A stretch of DNA of 64,000 nucleotides from a virus (Duplodnaviria; Caudoviricetes), in IMG/VR virus record IMGVR_UViG_2775507244_000004, one strand, 5' to 3'. Position numbers and translations under genes: made by a program. A model generated the notes under the pieces. The model was not told where the DNA came from. It made no database searches and saw nothing but the letters and a program-made list of their open reading frames with translations. Each line of letters starts with the position of its first letter. Position 1 is the stretch's first letter. Positions 26,576 through 36,434 of the stretch are shown piece after piece.

Positions 26576-27871
26576 ATGACCACCAAGACCAACGTCCCGG
26601 CAACCGCCGCGGATAAGCAGCGCGTTCTCGCCGCGGGCCTCTTCGCCCAGTCGATGCAACGCAACTCCACGTTGGGCCGCCTGTCCGGTCCCATGCCCAA
26701 GGGCGAGGCGCGTGCCGGCGAGGTCGTGCGCAAGCAGACCTCCACCGACCTGCCGATCGTCAAGACCGTCGATCTGTCCCGCGGCAAGGGCGACGAGGTC
26801 GAGTTCCAGTTCCTGCAGCCGGTTGGCGCCTACCCGATCATGGGTAGCCGCACCGCGGAAGGGAAGGGCACCGGCCTCTCCTACGACACGTCGCGGGTTC
26901 GCGTGAATCAAGCCCGCTTCCCGGTAGATCTCGGCGACACCATGACCAGCCTGCGCTCGCCGGTGGACTTCCGCCGCATGGGCCGTCCGGTTGCGCAGTC
27001 GCTGATGGACAGCTACATGGACCAGTCTCTGCTGGTGCACATGGCTGGCGCGCGTGGCTTCCACGACAACATCGAGTGGCGCGTGCCGGTCGCATCGCAC
27101 CCCGAGTTCGCCGAGATCGCCATCAATGCAGTGCGCGCCCCGACGAAGAATCGCCACTTCATCGCCGACGGCACCAACGGCATCGCAGAGTTCTCGCAGA
27201 CGGGTGGCGTCGTGGATCTGGCGACGACTGACGGCCTGAGCATGGACGTGGTCGATTCCATTCGCACCGTGATGGAGTCGATCGCCCTGCCGCCGCCGGC
27301 AGTCAAGATCCCCGGCGACGTCGTGGCCGAAGACTCGCCGCTGCGCGTTCTCCTGGTTTCCCCTGCGCAGTATCACGCCTTCTCGCAAGATCCGAGCTTC
27401 CGCCAGTTCCAGGCCAATGCCCTGGCGCGCGCGGCCAAGGCCAAGAATCACCCGCTGTTCCTTGGCGAGTGCGGCCTGTGGAACGGCATCCTGCTGATGA
27501 AGATGCCCAAGCCGATCCGCTTCTACGCGGGCGACGCCCTGAACTACTGCGACAGCTTCACCAGCGAGACGGAATCGACCGCCACGGTCAACGCCAGCTT
27601 CGGCACGACCCATGCGGTCGACCGCGCAATCCTGCTGGGCGGCCAAGCGATCGCTCAGGCGTTTGCCGCATCCGGCCACGGTGGCATGCCCTTCTTTTGG
27701 AAGGAGAAGGAGTTTGACCACGACGACAAGATGGAGCTGTTGATCGGCGCTATCCAGGGCATCAGCAAGGTTCGCTGGCTGGTCGATCAGGGCAACGGCG
27801 AAAAGCACTTCACCGACCACGGCGTCGTCGCCATCGACACCGCCGTTTCCATCATCGGCGCTCGCAAGTAA
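26576..27871 (+). CDS. Major capsid protein (N4-gp56/DUF4043-like)
   Basis: DLSRGKGDEVEF, LLVSPAQY, NHPLFLGECGLWNGIL, RAILLGGQA, DHGVVAIDTA. Confidence 0.88.
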   Translation: MTTKTNVPATAADKQRVLAAGLFAQSMQRNSTLGRLSGPMPKGEARAGEVVRKQTSTDLPIVKTVDLSRGKGDEVEFQFLQPVGAYPIMGSRTAEGKGTGLSYDTSRVRVNQARFPVDLGDTMTSLRSPVDFRRMGRPVAQSLMDSYMDQSLLVHMAGARGFHDNIEWRVPVASHPEFAEIAINAVRAPTKNRHFIADGTNGIAEFSQTGGVVDLATTDGLSMDVVDSIRTVMESIALPPPAVKIPGDVVAEDSPLRVLLVSPAQYHAFSQDPSFRQFQANALARAAKAKNHPLFLGECGLWNGILLMKMPKPIRFYAGDALNYCDSFTSETESTATVNASFGTTHAVDRAILLGGQAIAQAFAASGHGGMPFFWKEKEFDHDDKMELLIGAIQGISKVRWLVDQGNGEKHFTDHGVVAIDTAVSIIGARK

Positions 27872-27933
27872 CGCCAGCCCTGAGTAATCGGCGGCCATCC
27901 GAAAGGGTGGCCGCCACCAAGGAGACTTGAACC

Positions 27934-28416
27934 ATGGCAACCATCACCAAGCTGGGATTGCAGAATCCGAGCAACCGCCTCGGTGCCGCCCCCTATGGGA
28001 ACCTCACCGCGTTCCGCTACCTGCTGAAGACCAACGCCTCCGGCGCCGTGGTCGACGGTGACTTGGCCGCGGCCGTTGCATCGGGCGACACCGTCAAGGT
28101 TGGCATCCTGCCGCCCGGCTTCAGCTTCGTCGACAGCGAGATCGTCATCAAGACCGCCATGAGCGCGTCCGTCACCGCCAAGGTGGGCTTCGCCTACGCC
28201 GATGGCGTGGATAGCGTCGCCGTGCCGCAGGACGACGACTACTTCGGTGCCGCGCTCGTAATGTCGTCGGCCGCTCGCCTGCGCAATGCCACCGCGAACA
28301 CCAGCGTCACCCTGCCGAAAGAGGCGTGGCTGACGCTGACGACCGGCGGCGCTGCCAACGCGAAGGCGTCGGAGATCGAGATCATCGTCTTCGCCATCAA
28401 CGAAGGCGTGGCCTAA
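27934..28416 (+). CDS. Capsid decoration/cement-like protein
   Basis: Small beta-rich protein directly after capsid gene. Confidence 0.6.
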   Translation: MATITKLGLQNPSNRLGAAPYGNLTAFRYLLKTNASGAVVDGDLAAAVASGDTVKVGILPPGFSFVDSEIVIKTAMSASVTAKVGFAYADGVDSVAVPQDDDYFGAALVMSSAARLRNATANTSVTLPKEAWLTLTTGGAANAKASEIEIIVFAINEGVA

Positions 28417-28428
28417 GCGGCACGAAAC

Positions 28429-28461
28429 AGGCCGGCTGGGTTCGCCCTGGCCGGCCTTTTT
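28429..28461 (+). terminator. Terminator after head genes
   Basis: AGGCCGGCTGGG-TTCG-CCCTGGCCGGCCT then TTTT. Confidence 0.8.
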
Positions 28462-28475
28462 CACATGAGGACACC

Positions 28476-28862
28476 ATGAAACTGACCGTTGTGAAGTATG
28501 AAGGCCAGAAGTTCTACCGTGACCGCACTGCGCTGCGGAACGAGTGGAACCCGGGTGACGTGAAGCGCGTACCCGAGCGGGAAGCCAAGATCCTGCTGCG
28601 CTTTGCCGAGTTCAAGCGCGGCGATGAATCCGAGGCGACCGACCAGGGCGGAGACGTCGAGGCCGTTGTCGCGGCGCATGCCCAGCGCGAGCAGGACGAG
28701 CGCAACGAAACCGAGGGCATGCTGATGCTCATTGACACGATGGACAAGGACGCACTCGAAGCCTACGCGATGAAGTACGAGACGAACCTCGACAAGCGTA
28801 AGAGCGTGAAGGTGTTGCGCGAGCAAGTCATCAGTCTGATTGAGCAGTTCGGAGCGCGCTGA
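28476..28862 (+). CDS. Hypothetical virion-associated protein
   Basis: MKLTVVKYEG... GAGGA RBS; C-terminal HeH-like MDKDALEAYA. Confidence 0.7.
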   Translation: MKLTVVKYEGQKFYRDRTALRNEWNPGDVKRVPEREAKILLRFAEFKRGDESEATDQGGDVEAVVAAHAQREQDERNETEGMLMLIDTMDKDALEAYAMKYETNLDKRKSVKVLREQVISLIEQFGAR

Positions 28863-28863
28863 C

Positions 28864-29529
28864 ATGAAGCGCGAAGCCCTCCGGCGTCGCGTCCGTCTGC
28901 TGGCCCAAGATACGGCCCGCCCGTATCTGTGGCAGGACGAGGACATCGACGACTGGCTCAATGAGGCACAGCAGGAGGCGGCAGTCCGAGCTCGCCTTCT
29001 GCGCGCTGTCCCTGCAGCCAATCCGGATCTGTGCGAGCACGGACTGTCCGCTGGAGAGGCAGTTGTCACGATTCCGACCAGCCTGTTCGAGATCAGCAGC
29101 CAGTCGTGGAGGCAGGGCGATCGAACGACGAGACTGCACCTTGTCTCGCGCGAGTGGATGGACACGACACGGCCTGGATGGCGCGATGAGTCCGCGGGCG
29201 AGCCGGCCTATCTCGTGCAGGACGCCAACGTGCTTCAGATCGTTCCCGCGCCGAGCGTAGCCGGCACGCTGTTGCTCGAAGGCTACCGACTCCCGAAGGC
29301 GATCGAGAGCGACGAGGACGAACCGGAGATCCCGGCATTTCATCACGTCCACCTCGTGCAGTGGGCGCTGCACATCGGCTACTCGCTACCCGACGCCGAA
29401 ACCTTCAACCCCGACAAGTCGCGCATCGCCGAGGCCGAGTTCTCGCGCTTCTTCGGCTCCAGGCCCGACGCCGACTTGCGCGCGAGCACACGGCATGACG
29501 AGACGCACCGGATCGTCGCTTGGCTATAG
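28864..29529 (+). CDS. Head-tail adaptor-like protein
   Basis: YLWQDEDIDDWLNEAQ...EPEIPAFHHVHLVQWAL. Confidence 0.7.
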   Translation: MKREALRRRVRLLAQDTARPYLWQDEDIDDWLNEAQQEAAVRARLLRAVPAANPDLCEHGLSAGEAVVTIPTSLFEISSQSWRQGDRTTRLHLVSREWMDTTRPGWRDESAGEPAYLVQDANVLQIVPAPSVAGTLLLEGYRLPKAIESDEDEPEIPAFHHVHLVQWALHIGYSLPDAETFNPDKSRIAEAEFSRFFGSRPDADLRASTRHDETHRIVAWL

Positions 29530-29534
29530 GGCTC

Positions 29535-29575
29535 CCCCTGTAGGGCTGGAGCAGGCGGCCGTTCGGATCAATCCT
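29535..29575 (+). promoter_or_regulatory. Late promoter motif copy 3
   Basis: CCCCTGTAGGGCTGGA-19nt-AATCCT before lysis genes. Confidence 0.75.
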
Positions 29576-29605
29576 TGACTGCGAAACGAACCCAACGAGC
29601 CCGGA

Positions 29606-29941
29606 ATGCCTGACCAGAACACAGAAGTCATCGTCGCACGCCTTGCAATCCTGTCCGATGACATAGGCGAAGTCCGGTCGGTGATGAAGGAGCTTGCGCA
29701 GTCCGTCGCAAAGCTGGCGCTCATCGAAGAACGGCAGACCCAGGCCAACGAAGCACTGAGCCGGGCCTTCAAGTCCATCGACAAGATCGACATGAAGCTG
29801 TCCGCGATCGAGAGCCGTGTCGCAACGATCGAGCGGGATATCCCGTTGCACAAGCAGTCAAGCACCTGGGTTTTCTCTGCTTTGTGGGCTGCAGCCGGTG
29901 CGGCCGTCCTGATGATCGTCAAGAAGGTTGGAGTGATCTGA
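29606..29941 (+). CDS. Holin-like protein (coiled coil + C-terminal TM)
   Basis: Single TM WVFSALWAAAGAAVLMIV; directly upstream of lysin. Confidence 0.6.
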   Translation: MPDQNTEVIVARLAILSDDIGEVRSVMKELAQSVAKLALIEERQTQANEALSRAFKSIDKIDMKLSAIESRVATIERDIPLHKQSSTWVFSALWAAAGAAVLMIVKKVGVI

Positions 29942-30648
29942 TGACCAAGAAACTTCCCCGTGGCATCCGCAACAACAACCCCGGCAACGTCGAGCGCGGC
30001 AGGGACCGCTGGCTCGGCATGAGCGCGGACCAGTCCGCTGACAGCCGCTTCCTCGTCTTCGACACCCCGGAGGCCGGCATCCGCGCGCTGATGCGCATCC
30101 TCATCAACTACCAGGAGCGCTACGGCATCAAGACGATGCGCGAGGCGATCAACCGCTGGGCGCCGCCGGCCGAGAACAACAGTAGCGCCTATGTGCAGCA
30201 CGTCTCCCGCCTGACCGGCTTCGACCCCGACGAGTCGCTGGACTTCCTTGACCGCGAGATCAACGTCGCCCTGGCCCGCGCCATCGTGCGCCACGAGAAC
30301 GGTGAGCCCACGGTTTATGGCCGTAAGGAGTGGTACGGCGAAGACGTCTTCGAGCGCGCTGCAGTCATGGCCGGCTTTGAGCCGACCGTGAAACCGCTCG
30401 TGAAGTCGCGCACGGTGGCCGGCGCAGTGATCGCCGCCGCGGGCGCTGCGGTTGGCGTTGCCACTGGGGCGCCGGAGGCTGTCACCGGTATCCCGATCAC
30501 CCCGGAAGACGTGACGGTAGTGGCTGGCGCCGTGGCGCCGTTCCTCGGCGCATCGGCACTTCAGTACCTGTCCCCGATCGCAACGATCTTCGGCGTTGCG
30601 CTGACGATCTACGCACGCTGGGATGACGCACGGAGGAAGCTGCGGTGA
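29941..30648 (+). CDS. Putative endolysin (RGIRNNNPGN lysozyme-like family) with C-terminal hydrophobic tail
   Basis: RGIRNNNPGN...INRWAPPAENNSSAY...IVRHENG; two hydrophobic C-terminal segments. Confidence 0.75.
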   Translation: MTKKLPRGIRNNNPGNVERGRDRWLGMSADQSADSRFLVFDTPEAGIRALMRILINYQERYGIKTMREAINRWAPPAENNSSAYVQHVSRLTGFDPDESLDFLDREINVALARAIVRHENGEPTVYGRKEWYGEDVFERAAVMAGFEPTVKPLVKSRTVAGAVIAAAGAAVGVATGAPEAVTGIPITPEDVTVVAGAVAPFLGASALQYLSPIATIFGVALTIYARWDDARRKLR

Positions 30649-30824
30649 ATGCCTCTGTGACGAAACTCGCCGACTGGAAGGTCGCCCACTCGCGGCCGGT
30701 GGTGAGCGATTACTGCCGCTGGTCGGAGGCCGTCGAGACGACGATGCGGGCCAACCTGGGCATGGCATTCACGCTGTGGTTCGTGTGGCCGCGCGTCCTC
30801 CTGCGCACGGCGTTGGGGGTCTGA
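30645..30824 (+). CDS. 59-aa small protein with hydrophobic C-terminus
   Basis: GTG overlaps upstream stop, GGAGG RBS, fills gap to next gene. Confidence 0.5.
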   Translation: MNASVTKLADWKVAHSRPVVSDYCRWSEAVETTMRANLGMAFTLWFVWPRVLLRTALGV

Positions 30825-30825
30825 C

Positions 30826-31434
30826 GTGAGAAAGCTCGACCTCACGATTCGCCAGGGCTCGACGTGGATTCTCCCTGTCATGTGGGAGACGAACGTCCTC
30901 GTCTACAAGCCGATCACCGCCATTGCGCAGTCGGCCCCGGTGCGAATCACCGCCACGGCGCACGGCCTGCCGGATGGTTGGAACGCCGCAGTGATGGGCG
31001 CGCTTGGCATGACGGACCTGAATGCGGAAAACAACCCGCCGAAGGACGCCGAGTTTCGCCCCGCGACGGTCGTCTCTGCCGACGACGTCGAGTTCAACCC
31101 GATCAATGCGGCCCGGTTCAAGGCGTACCAGTCCGGCGGCCACCTCGTCTATTACGCGCCAGGCGAACTTGGCGGGGCAGTAGCGCGCATGCAGATCAAG
31201 GACAAGGTCGGTGGCAATGTCCTGCACACGCTGCGCAGCGACGGCGCCAGCCCGAACATCTCCTTCGACCTTGCCAAGAGCCGCATCGTGCTGCGCATCG
31301 AGGCCGCGGAGTCCGCCGCGTTCGCCTGGAAGGCTGGGGTCTATGACCTCGAGATCGAAGACGCGACCGGCGTCGTAACCCCGCTGCTGTACGGCGCCGT
31401 GGCCGTGACGCGCGAAGTCACCACCATCACGTAA
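30826..31434 (+). CDS. Tail-associated protein
   Basis: LDLTIRQGST...ARMQIK...GVYDLEI pattern typical of phage tail adaptor domains. Confidence 0.7.
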   Translation: MRKLDLTIRQGSTWILPVMWETNVLVYKPITAIAQSAPVRITATAHGLPDGWNAAVMGALGMTDLNAENNPPKDAEFRPATVVSADDVEFNPINAARFKAYQSGGHLVYYAPGELGGAVARMQIKDKVGGNVLHTLRSDGASPNISFDLAKSRIVLRIEAAESAAFAWKAGVYDLEIEDATGVVTPLLYGAVAVTREVTTIT

Positions 31435-31443
31435 GGAACCATC

Positions 31444-31878
31444 ATGGCATCTGCAAACTTCGGGAAATTCGCGCTCAACCTCGCCTCCGGCGCGATCAAC
31501 TTCAACACTGACTCGTTCAAATGCCTGCTGGTGACGGCAGCGCCGAACGAGGCCGCGCTCGACACCTGGAACGACCGCGCGGACGTGACCGGCGAGCACG
31601 CTGCGACCGGCGGCTATCCGGCGGGTGGGTTCGAAGTGACGGTCGCGTCCGTCGTGGAGGATGCGGCAAACAACCGCGTGGCCATCACGTTCTCTGCGCC
31701 GGACCCGACGCTGACAGGGGTAACGCTGGCCGGCGTCGTCGGCGCGATCCTCTACAAAAGCACGGGCGTCGCCGCCAACGACCCGCTGCTGTCGTTCGTC
31801 GACTACGGCTCGGCTAAGGGCGTGACCTCGGGCAGCTTCACGCACGCATTCACCACGCCGCTCTACATCAACCGCTGA
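31444..31878 (+). CDS. Tail-associated structural protein (paralog of 36021-36425)
   Basis: INFNTDSFKCLLV...ILYKSTGVAANDPLL. Confidence 0.7.
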   Translation: MASANFGKFALNLASGAINFNTDSFKCLLVTAAPNEAALDTWNDRADVTGEHAATGGYPAGGFEVTVASVVEDAANNRVAITFSAPDPTLTGVTLAGVVGAILYKSTGVAANDPLLSFVDYGSAKGVTSGSFTHAFTTPLYINR

Positions 31879-31883
31879 TCGCG

Positions 31884-32198
31884 ATGAACTGCATCGACGC
31901 GGCGTGCCGCCAAGCTACGGAGGAAGCCGGGTACGTTTTGCTGCGTCGAGCAGCAGTGCCCGGCCGCTGGTGGCCGCACGTGCTGTTTGTCGGTGCGGGA
32001 GGACTACAGCACTACGCCCCCGGAGCGCCACTCGATCACCCAGCGCAGGCTGCTTGGGGCTACGAAGGGGTGACTTGGGACCGCGAGACGACTGACCCGC
32101 AACCATGGGGCGAGAACGAGTTTGTCCGGGCCGTCTGGGTGTTCGCTCTGGGCGTGCTGGCGTGGCGCATCAAGCGGCTGTGGAGGAAGCCGAGATGA
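31884..32198 (+). CDS. Hypothetical protein
   Basis: 104-aa ORF coupled to neighbours. Confidence 0.6.
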   Translation: MNCIDAACRQATEEAGYVLLRRAAVPGRWWPHVLFVGAGGLQHYAPGAPLDHPAQAAWGYEGVTWDRETTDPQPWGENEFVRAVWVFALGVLAWRIKRLWRKPR

Positions 32199-32635
32199 GG
32201 CTCGCGCTCTACAAGGGGAAGGGCCGGATCGGTAACGCCGCCATTCGGTGGTGGACGCGTAGCCCATACGGCCACTGCGAGCTTGTAATCGACGGGGTCG
32301 CGTACTCCTCCAGCATCATGGACAGCGGGGTGCGCGCCAAGCGCATCGAGTTCGACCCCGAGCACTGGGATTTCGTCGACCTGCCGTGGGCCAGCGCAGC
32401 GCTCGTCAAATCGACGTTCGCATCGACGCAAGGCGACCCCTATGGCTGGGGCGACTTGTTCTGGCGGCAGGTATTCAACCGCCCCGGCGATGCGCGCGGG
32501 CAGTTCTGCAGCGAGTGGTGCGCGAGAGCGCTCGGGCTGCCGAACCCCCAGCAATACAGCCCGGCAACGCTGGGCGACTACTGCACATACAGGACAAGGA
32601 CATGCCGTACTACTTCGACAACTGGGGCTGGCTGA
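32195..32635 (+). CDS. Permuted papain-like amidase/peptidase
   Basis: IRWWTRSPYGHCELV...YGW...FCSEWCA (His before Cys). Confidence 0.75.
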   Translation: MRLALYKGKGRIGNAAIRWWTRSPYGHCELVIDGVAYSSSIMDSGVRAKRIEFDPEHWDFVDLPWASAALVKSTFASTQGDPYGWGDLFWRQVFNRPGDARGQFCSEWCARALGLPNPQQYSPATLGDYCTYRTRTCRTTSTTGAG

Positions 32636-33003
32636 CCGAAGAAGTGCTGCCGGGGCGCAGCACGGAGGTCGTGCCGCCTGATCCTGCAACGATCCCCGAG
32701 GGCAAGCGGGCCAACTTCACCGGGCACAAGTGGGTGGTGCTCCAGTACGTGCCCCCCGTTGAGGTGCGCCCGGTCGCCCAGTCCGTGACGCGCCAGCAAA
32801 TGAAACGCGCCCTGCACCGCCTCGGCTTGCTGCCGGCAATCACGAGTTACGTCGGTACTTCTGGCGACCCGGAGCTGGAAATCTGGTTCAACGACTCGCA
32901 GGCGTTCGAGCGTGGCAACACGACACTGAACGAGCACTTGCCTGTGCTGGGGATTACCTCTGAGCAGGCGGACGACATCTTCAACTTCGCGGCGAGCCTG
33001 TAA
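32602..33003 (+). CDS. Tail fibre assembly-like protein
   Basis: VTRQQMKRALHRLGLL...FER...LGITSEQADDIF; AAGGA RBS. Confidence 0.65.
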   Translation: MPYYFDNWGWLTEEVLPGRSTEVVPPDPATIPEGKRANFTGHKWVVLQYVPPVEVRPVAQSVTRQQMKRALHRLGLLPAITSYVGTSGDPELEIWFNDSQAFERGNTTLNEHLPVLGITSEQADDIFNFAASL

Positions 33004-33005
33004 CT

Positions 33006-35978
33006 ATGGCGTGGGTACTGCGCTCCAAGAACCTACCGACATACACCTCGACGTCGGGGAATCTTGGCGCGCAGTCCCCGCAGACGGCCCCGATCGGCAC
33101 CGCCCAGCTGACGTGGGCGCCGCACCTCAACAAATACTTCATCGTCGCGGCTGGCCAAGCGTACGCGTCTGGCGACCTCGCGGTTTGGGACTTCGCGTTC
33201 TACACGTACCTCGACGCGCTGGCGTACCTGCCGAGCGAGTCTTTGCTCGTGTATGGGTCGGGCACGACGCTCGGCACGAGCCCGGACGGTGAAGTCGAGA
33301 CGGCGCGAGCGACGACGGCCGCCGCGATCACGCGGCTCACCTATCTGCCTGCGACTGGGCAGATGTTCTGCCTCACCGCGTCCAGCACGATCTACTACAC
33401 CAGCGACGGCATCACTTGGGCGTCTGCCGACTGCGGGATCACCCCGAACGCTATTTGCTACGCCAACGGCCTGTACATCGTCGGGGGTGCTGCGGGCGCG
33501 CTGCAGACGAGCCCGGACCTCACGACGTGGACGGCGAGGACGCCGCCGAGCACTTCGTATGCGGTCCGCGATTTCGCGGTCAACGCGACTGGCACGATCA
33601 TTGCCGCCGCAGACGTGGTTACGTTCAGGAGTACCGACGGCGTCACGTGGGTAAACGGAGGCGCGAGCGGGGCGTTCGTAGGGTACAGCGCCGCGGAAGA
33701 CCTGTTCCTCACGGTGAGGGCGAACGACGCGCGGTTCCACATCGTGTACACCAGTCCGGACGGGGCCACGTGGACGTACCGCGACCCGTGGATTGGCGGG
33801 CAGGGGAGCCCGACAGGGGTGGCGTATCTCCCCGCGCTGGGGGCGCTCGCGATCACGTCGAATGCGGGGATTGCGACCACTGTCGACGGTACGGCATACA
33901 AGAACCCGGCGCTAGTGAACGGGCTGCTGGTTTTCACTATCGGGTTCCGCGGCAATGCTGCGTTTACGGTGCCGTCGGGGTGGACGCTCGCCCAGCAACA
34001 GAGTGGCGGAAACACGAGCACGACCACCAGTTCGTCCATCGGCTCCGGTCTTGTCGCTTTCTACACCACGGCGGACGGGACGCTTCCGACGTATACCAAC
34101 GCGCAGTTCGCGCGTACCGGGGGCGACATTGCGATTGGGGCGCTCACTGCGTATGCGAATGGGGCGCTGGCGGCGCTCGATGCCAGCGTATCGGCGACGC
34201 TCGCCGCGAACTCGACGGCGGTCACGTGCGCGGGGGTTACAACCACAGAGGAAGGGTGCCTGCTTGTAGGTGTGGCTGCCCTCGCGGACAACACCACCGC
34301 CAGCAACATGCGGGCGACGAGCGAGAACACCTCGTACATCAACATCACTTCGTACAACGACCCTTCATCGGTTTGGCAGCGCCGGGTAGCGCTGAACACT
34401 GCGCTCGGGTCGGACACCGGCTTGTATGTGTGGGACTGCGTCAAGCCCAGCGCCGGCGCGACGGGCACAGTGCAGTACACCGCGGGGAACTCGTCCAAAC
34501 ACGTCATTCTCGTGGCCGCGTTCAAGGCCGTTGCGGCATCGTCCGGCGTTACCGCCGATGGCCCCCTGTCTTCGGTCACGCTCAACCCGACCGCAGCTGA
34601 AGCGACCCCCTTGACCTCTGGTGCGGCTTCGCTGCCCAACACCACACTTACTGCCCCCGCGGCGGCAGTCACAACGACAACAGCGGTGCTTGCGAGCGGT
34701 GCGTTCGACAACATCGCCCTTTCTTCGCCCGCCGGCAGCGCCGCACCTGCGGGTGCCTGGGTAGGCTCGCTCCAAGATGTGTGGCTTCTCCCTCCGTCCG
34801 GCGCGCACGCAGCCTCCGCCGCCGCCGTCGCGGCTGTGGCTGGCGTCTCACTTTCCGCGGTTCAGGCGACCCTCGACACGCGGACCTCCGGCGCGGCCGG
34901 GTGCAGCAGCGTAACGCTTGTCGCGCCATCGGGTGCGGGGGGTGTGCTCAACATTGGCGAGGCAGCCGGCGCACTGGCGCCAATGATGCTCTCGCCCACC
35001 GCCGGTGGCGGGCAAGGCATGGGCGGTGGGCAAGGCAGCCTCACCACGACTTCTCTGCTTACACCGAGAGCGAGTGCGACTGCGCGCACGGAGGCCGCAG
35101 GCACAATCTCGAGTGTGATGGTTCAGCCGCCCACTGGCGCGGGAGGCACGCAGGCCGAAGCATTCGGCTCTGGAGAGCTCCGGCAGATCGGCGTCACCCG
35201 GCCGGGGGCTCTGTCGATACCGGCGGGCTACGCGCTGGGGGCATTCCAGACGGCCGACCTTACCCCGCCTAACGCAGCGCAGGCTGTGCTCGTGTGCGGT
35301 GCCGGTGGTGTAGCTGCTGTAGCGATCACGCCGCCCGAGACGAACGCTACCGCCGTGTCAGAAGCGCGCGCTGCGGCGCCGTTGCCTGGGCTGTCTGCCA
35401 CCCCAGCGCAAGGCACTGTCGTGGCGGATGTCGCGGCCGGCGCGGCAGTGGTGCCCCTCAGCCTCACACCGGTTACGGCCTCGGCAGTCGCACAAGCGAT
35501 TGCCGTAGGTGAGGGCGGACTCGCGCCGAGTTCCATTACAGCGCCCGCAGCCAGCGCAGCCCAGGAGCTGACGGCGTACGCAGCAATCGAACCCCTGCTA
35601 CTCGTAGCCGCTGCCAGTGACGGCGACTTTGTAGCGGTGGCCGACGCCCCTCTGCCTGCTTGGACCCTGCTTGCGCCAAACGGGGCGCCCGGAGTCGATG
35701 TGGCCGGGCAGGGGGCAATGGGCGGAGTCACGATCGCGGCACCAACGGCGCGCGGCGGCAGTTCACAGATCGTTGCGCTGGTATCGGCTGCTGAGCGCGT
35801 GCGCAAGACCGTGCTCGTTGCGCTGGCGCACACCAAAGACGTGAGCGCTGTTCAAGCTCGGACAAGCACGGGGGCCTTCGCCGCGAGAACACAGCAGCAC
35901 GAGTCGATCGTTCGCACGCAAACAGACGGCGCGGTTGTCCGCACACCAGCCTCGCGCGTACTGGCCCGAGTGCAGTAG
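33006..35978 (+). CDS. Large tail fibre/receptor-binding protein
   Basis: N-terminal BNR-like SxDGxTW repeats, central beta domain, Ala/Gly/Pro-rich repeated C-terminal half. Confidence 0.7.
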   Translation: MAWVLRSKNLPTYTSTSGNLGAQSPQTAPIGTAQLTWAPHLNKYFIVAAGQAYASGDLAVWDFAFYTYLDALAYLPSESLLVYGSGTTLGTSPDGEVETARATTAAAITRLTYLPATGQMFCLTASSTIYYTSDGITWASADCGITPNAICYANGLYIVGGAAGALQTSPDLTTWTARTPPSTSYAVRDFAVNATGTIIAAADVVTFRSTDGVTWVNGGASGAFVGYSAAEDLFLTVRANDARFHIVYTSPDGATWTYRDPWIGGQGSPTGVAYLPALGALAITSNAGIATTVDGTAYKNPALVNGLLVFTIGFRGNAAFTVPSGWTLAQQQSGGNTSTTTSSSIGSGLVAFYTTADGTLPTYTNAQFARTGGDIAIGALTAYANGALAALDASVSATLAANSTAVTCAGVTTTEEGCLLVGVAALADNTTASNMRATSENTSYINITSYNDPSSVWQRRVALNTALGSDTGLYVWDCVKPSAGATGTVQYTAGNSSKHVILVAAFKAVAASSGVTADGPLSSVTLNPTAAEATPLTSGAASLPNTTLTAPAAAVTTTTAVLASGAFDNIALSSPAGSAAPAGAWVGSLQDVWLLPPSGAHAASAAAVAAVAGVSLSAVQATLDTRTSGAAGCSSVTLVAPSGAGGVLNIGEAAGALAPMMLSPTAGGGQGMGGGQGSLTTTSLLTPRASATARTEAAGTISSVMVQPPTGAGGTQAEAFGSGELRQIGVTRPGALSIPAGYALGAFQTADLTPPNAAQAVLVCGAGGVAAVAITPPETNATAVSEARAAAPLPGLSATPAQGTVVADVAAGAAVVPLSLTPVTASAVAQAIAVGEGGLAPSSITAPAASAAQELTAYAAIEPLLLVAAASDGDFVAVADAPLPAWTLLAPNGAPGVDVAGQGAMGGVTIAAPTARGGSSQIVALVSAAERVRKTVLVALAHTKDVSAVQARTSTGAFAARTQQHESIVRTQTDGAVVRTPASRVLARVQ

Positions 35979-36020
35979 GTGTGAACTTCATAAAACTGCT
36001 GGAAATAAAGGAGAAACAAC

Positions 36021-36425
36021 ATGGCGCGATTCATCTACACCAAGGCCAAAGAGAAGGCCATGACCGGTCAGTTCAATCTGATCAGTGATTCGATCAAGGC
36101 CGCCCTTGTGGCGAATACCTACACGCCGAACGCCACGACCGATGAGTTCTACAGCACGATCGCAGCGCATGTGCTGGATGAAGACATCACCCTGACTTCG
36201 AAGTCGGTCGCAGGCGGTGCGTTCGATGCCGCGGATGTGACCTGGAGCGCCGTTGCAGCGGGCGACATCGCCCTGGGCGTCGTGACCTACGTGGACACCG
36301 GGAATCCGGCGACATCGATCCTGCTGCACTTCAACGGCGACGTGTCGGGCTTCCCCTTCACGACGAACGGCTCCGACGTGACCGTGAACTGGGACAACGG
36401 CGCGTTCAAGATCTTCGCGTTCTGA
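36021..36425 (+). CDS. Tail-associated structural protein (paralog of 31444-31878)
   Basis: FNLISDSIKAALV...YVDTGNPATSILL...NGSDVTVNWDNG. Confidence 0.75.
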   Translation: MARFIYTKAKEKAMTGQFNLISDSIKAALVANTYTPNATTDEFYSTIAAHVLDEDITLTSKSVAGGAFDAADVTWSAVAAGDIALGVVTYVDTGNPATSILLHFNGDVSGFPFTTNGSDVTVNWDNGAFKIFAF

Positions 36426-36434
36426 GGCGCAATC

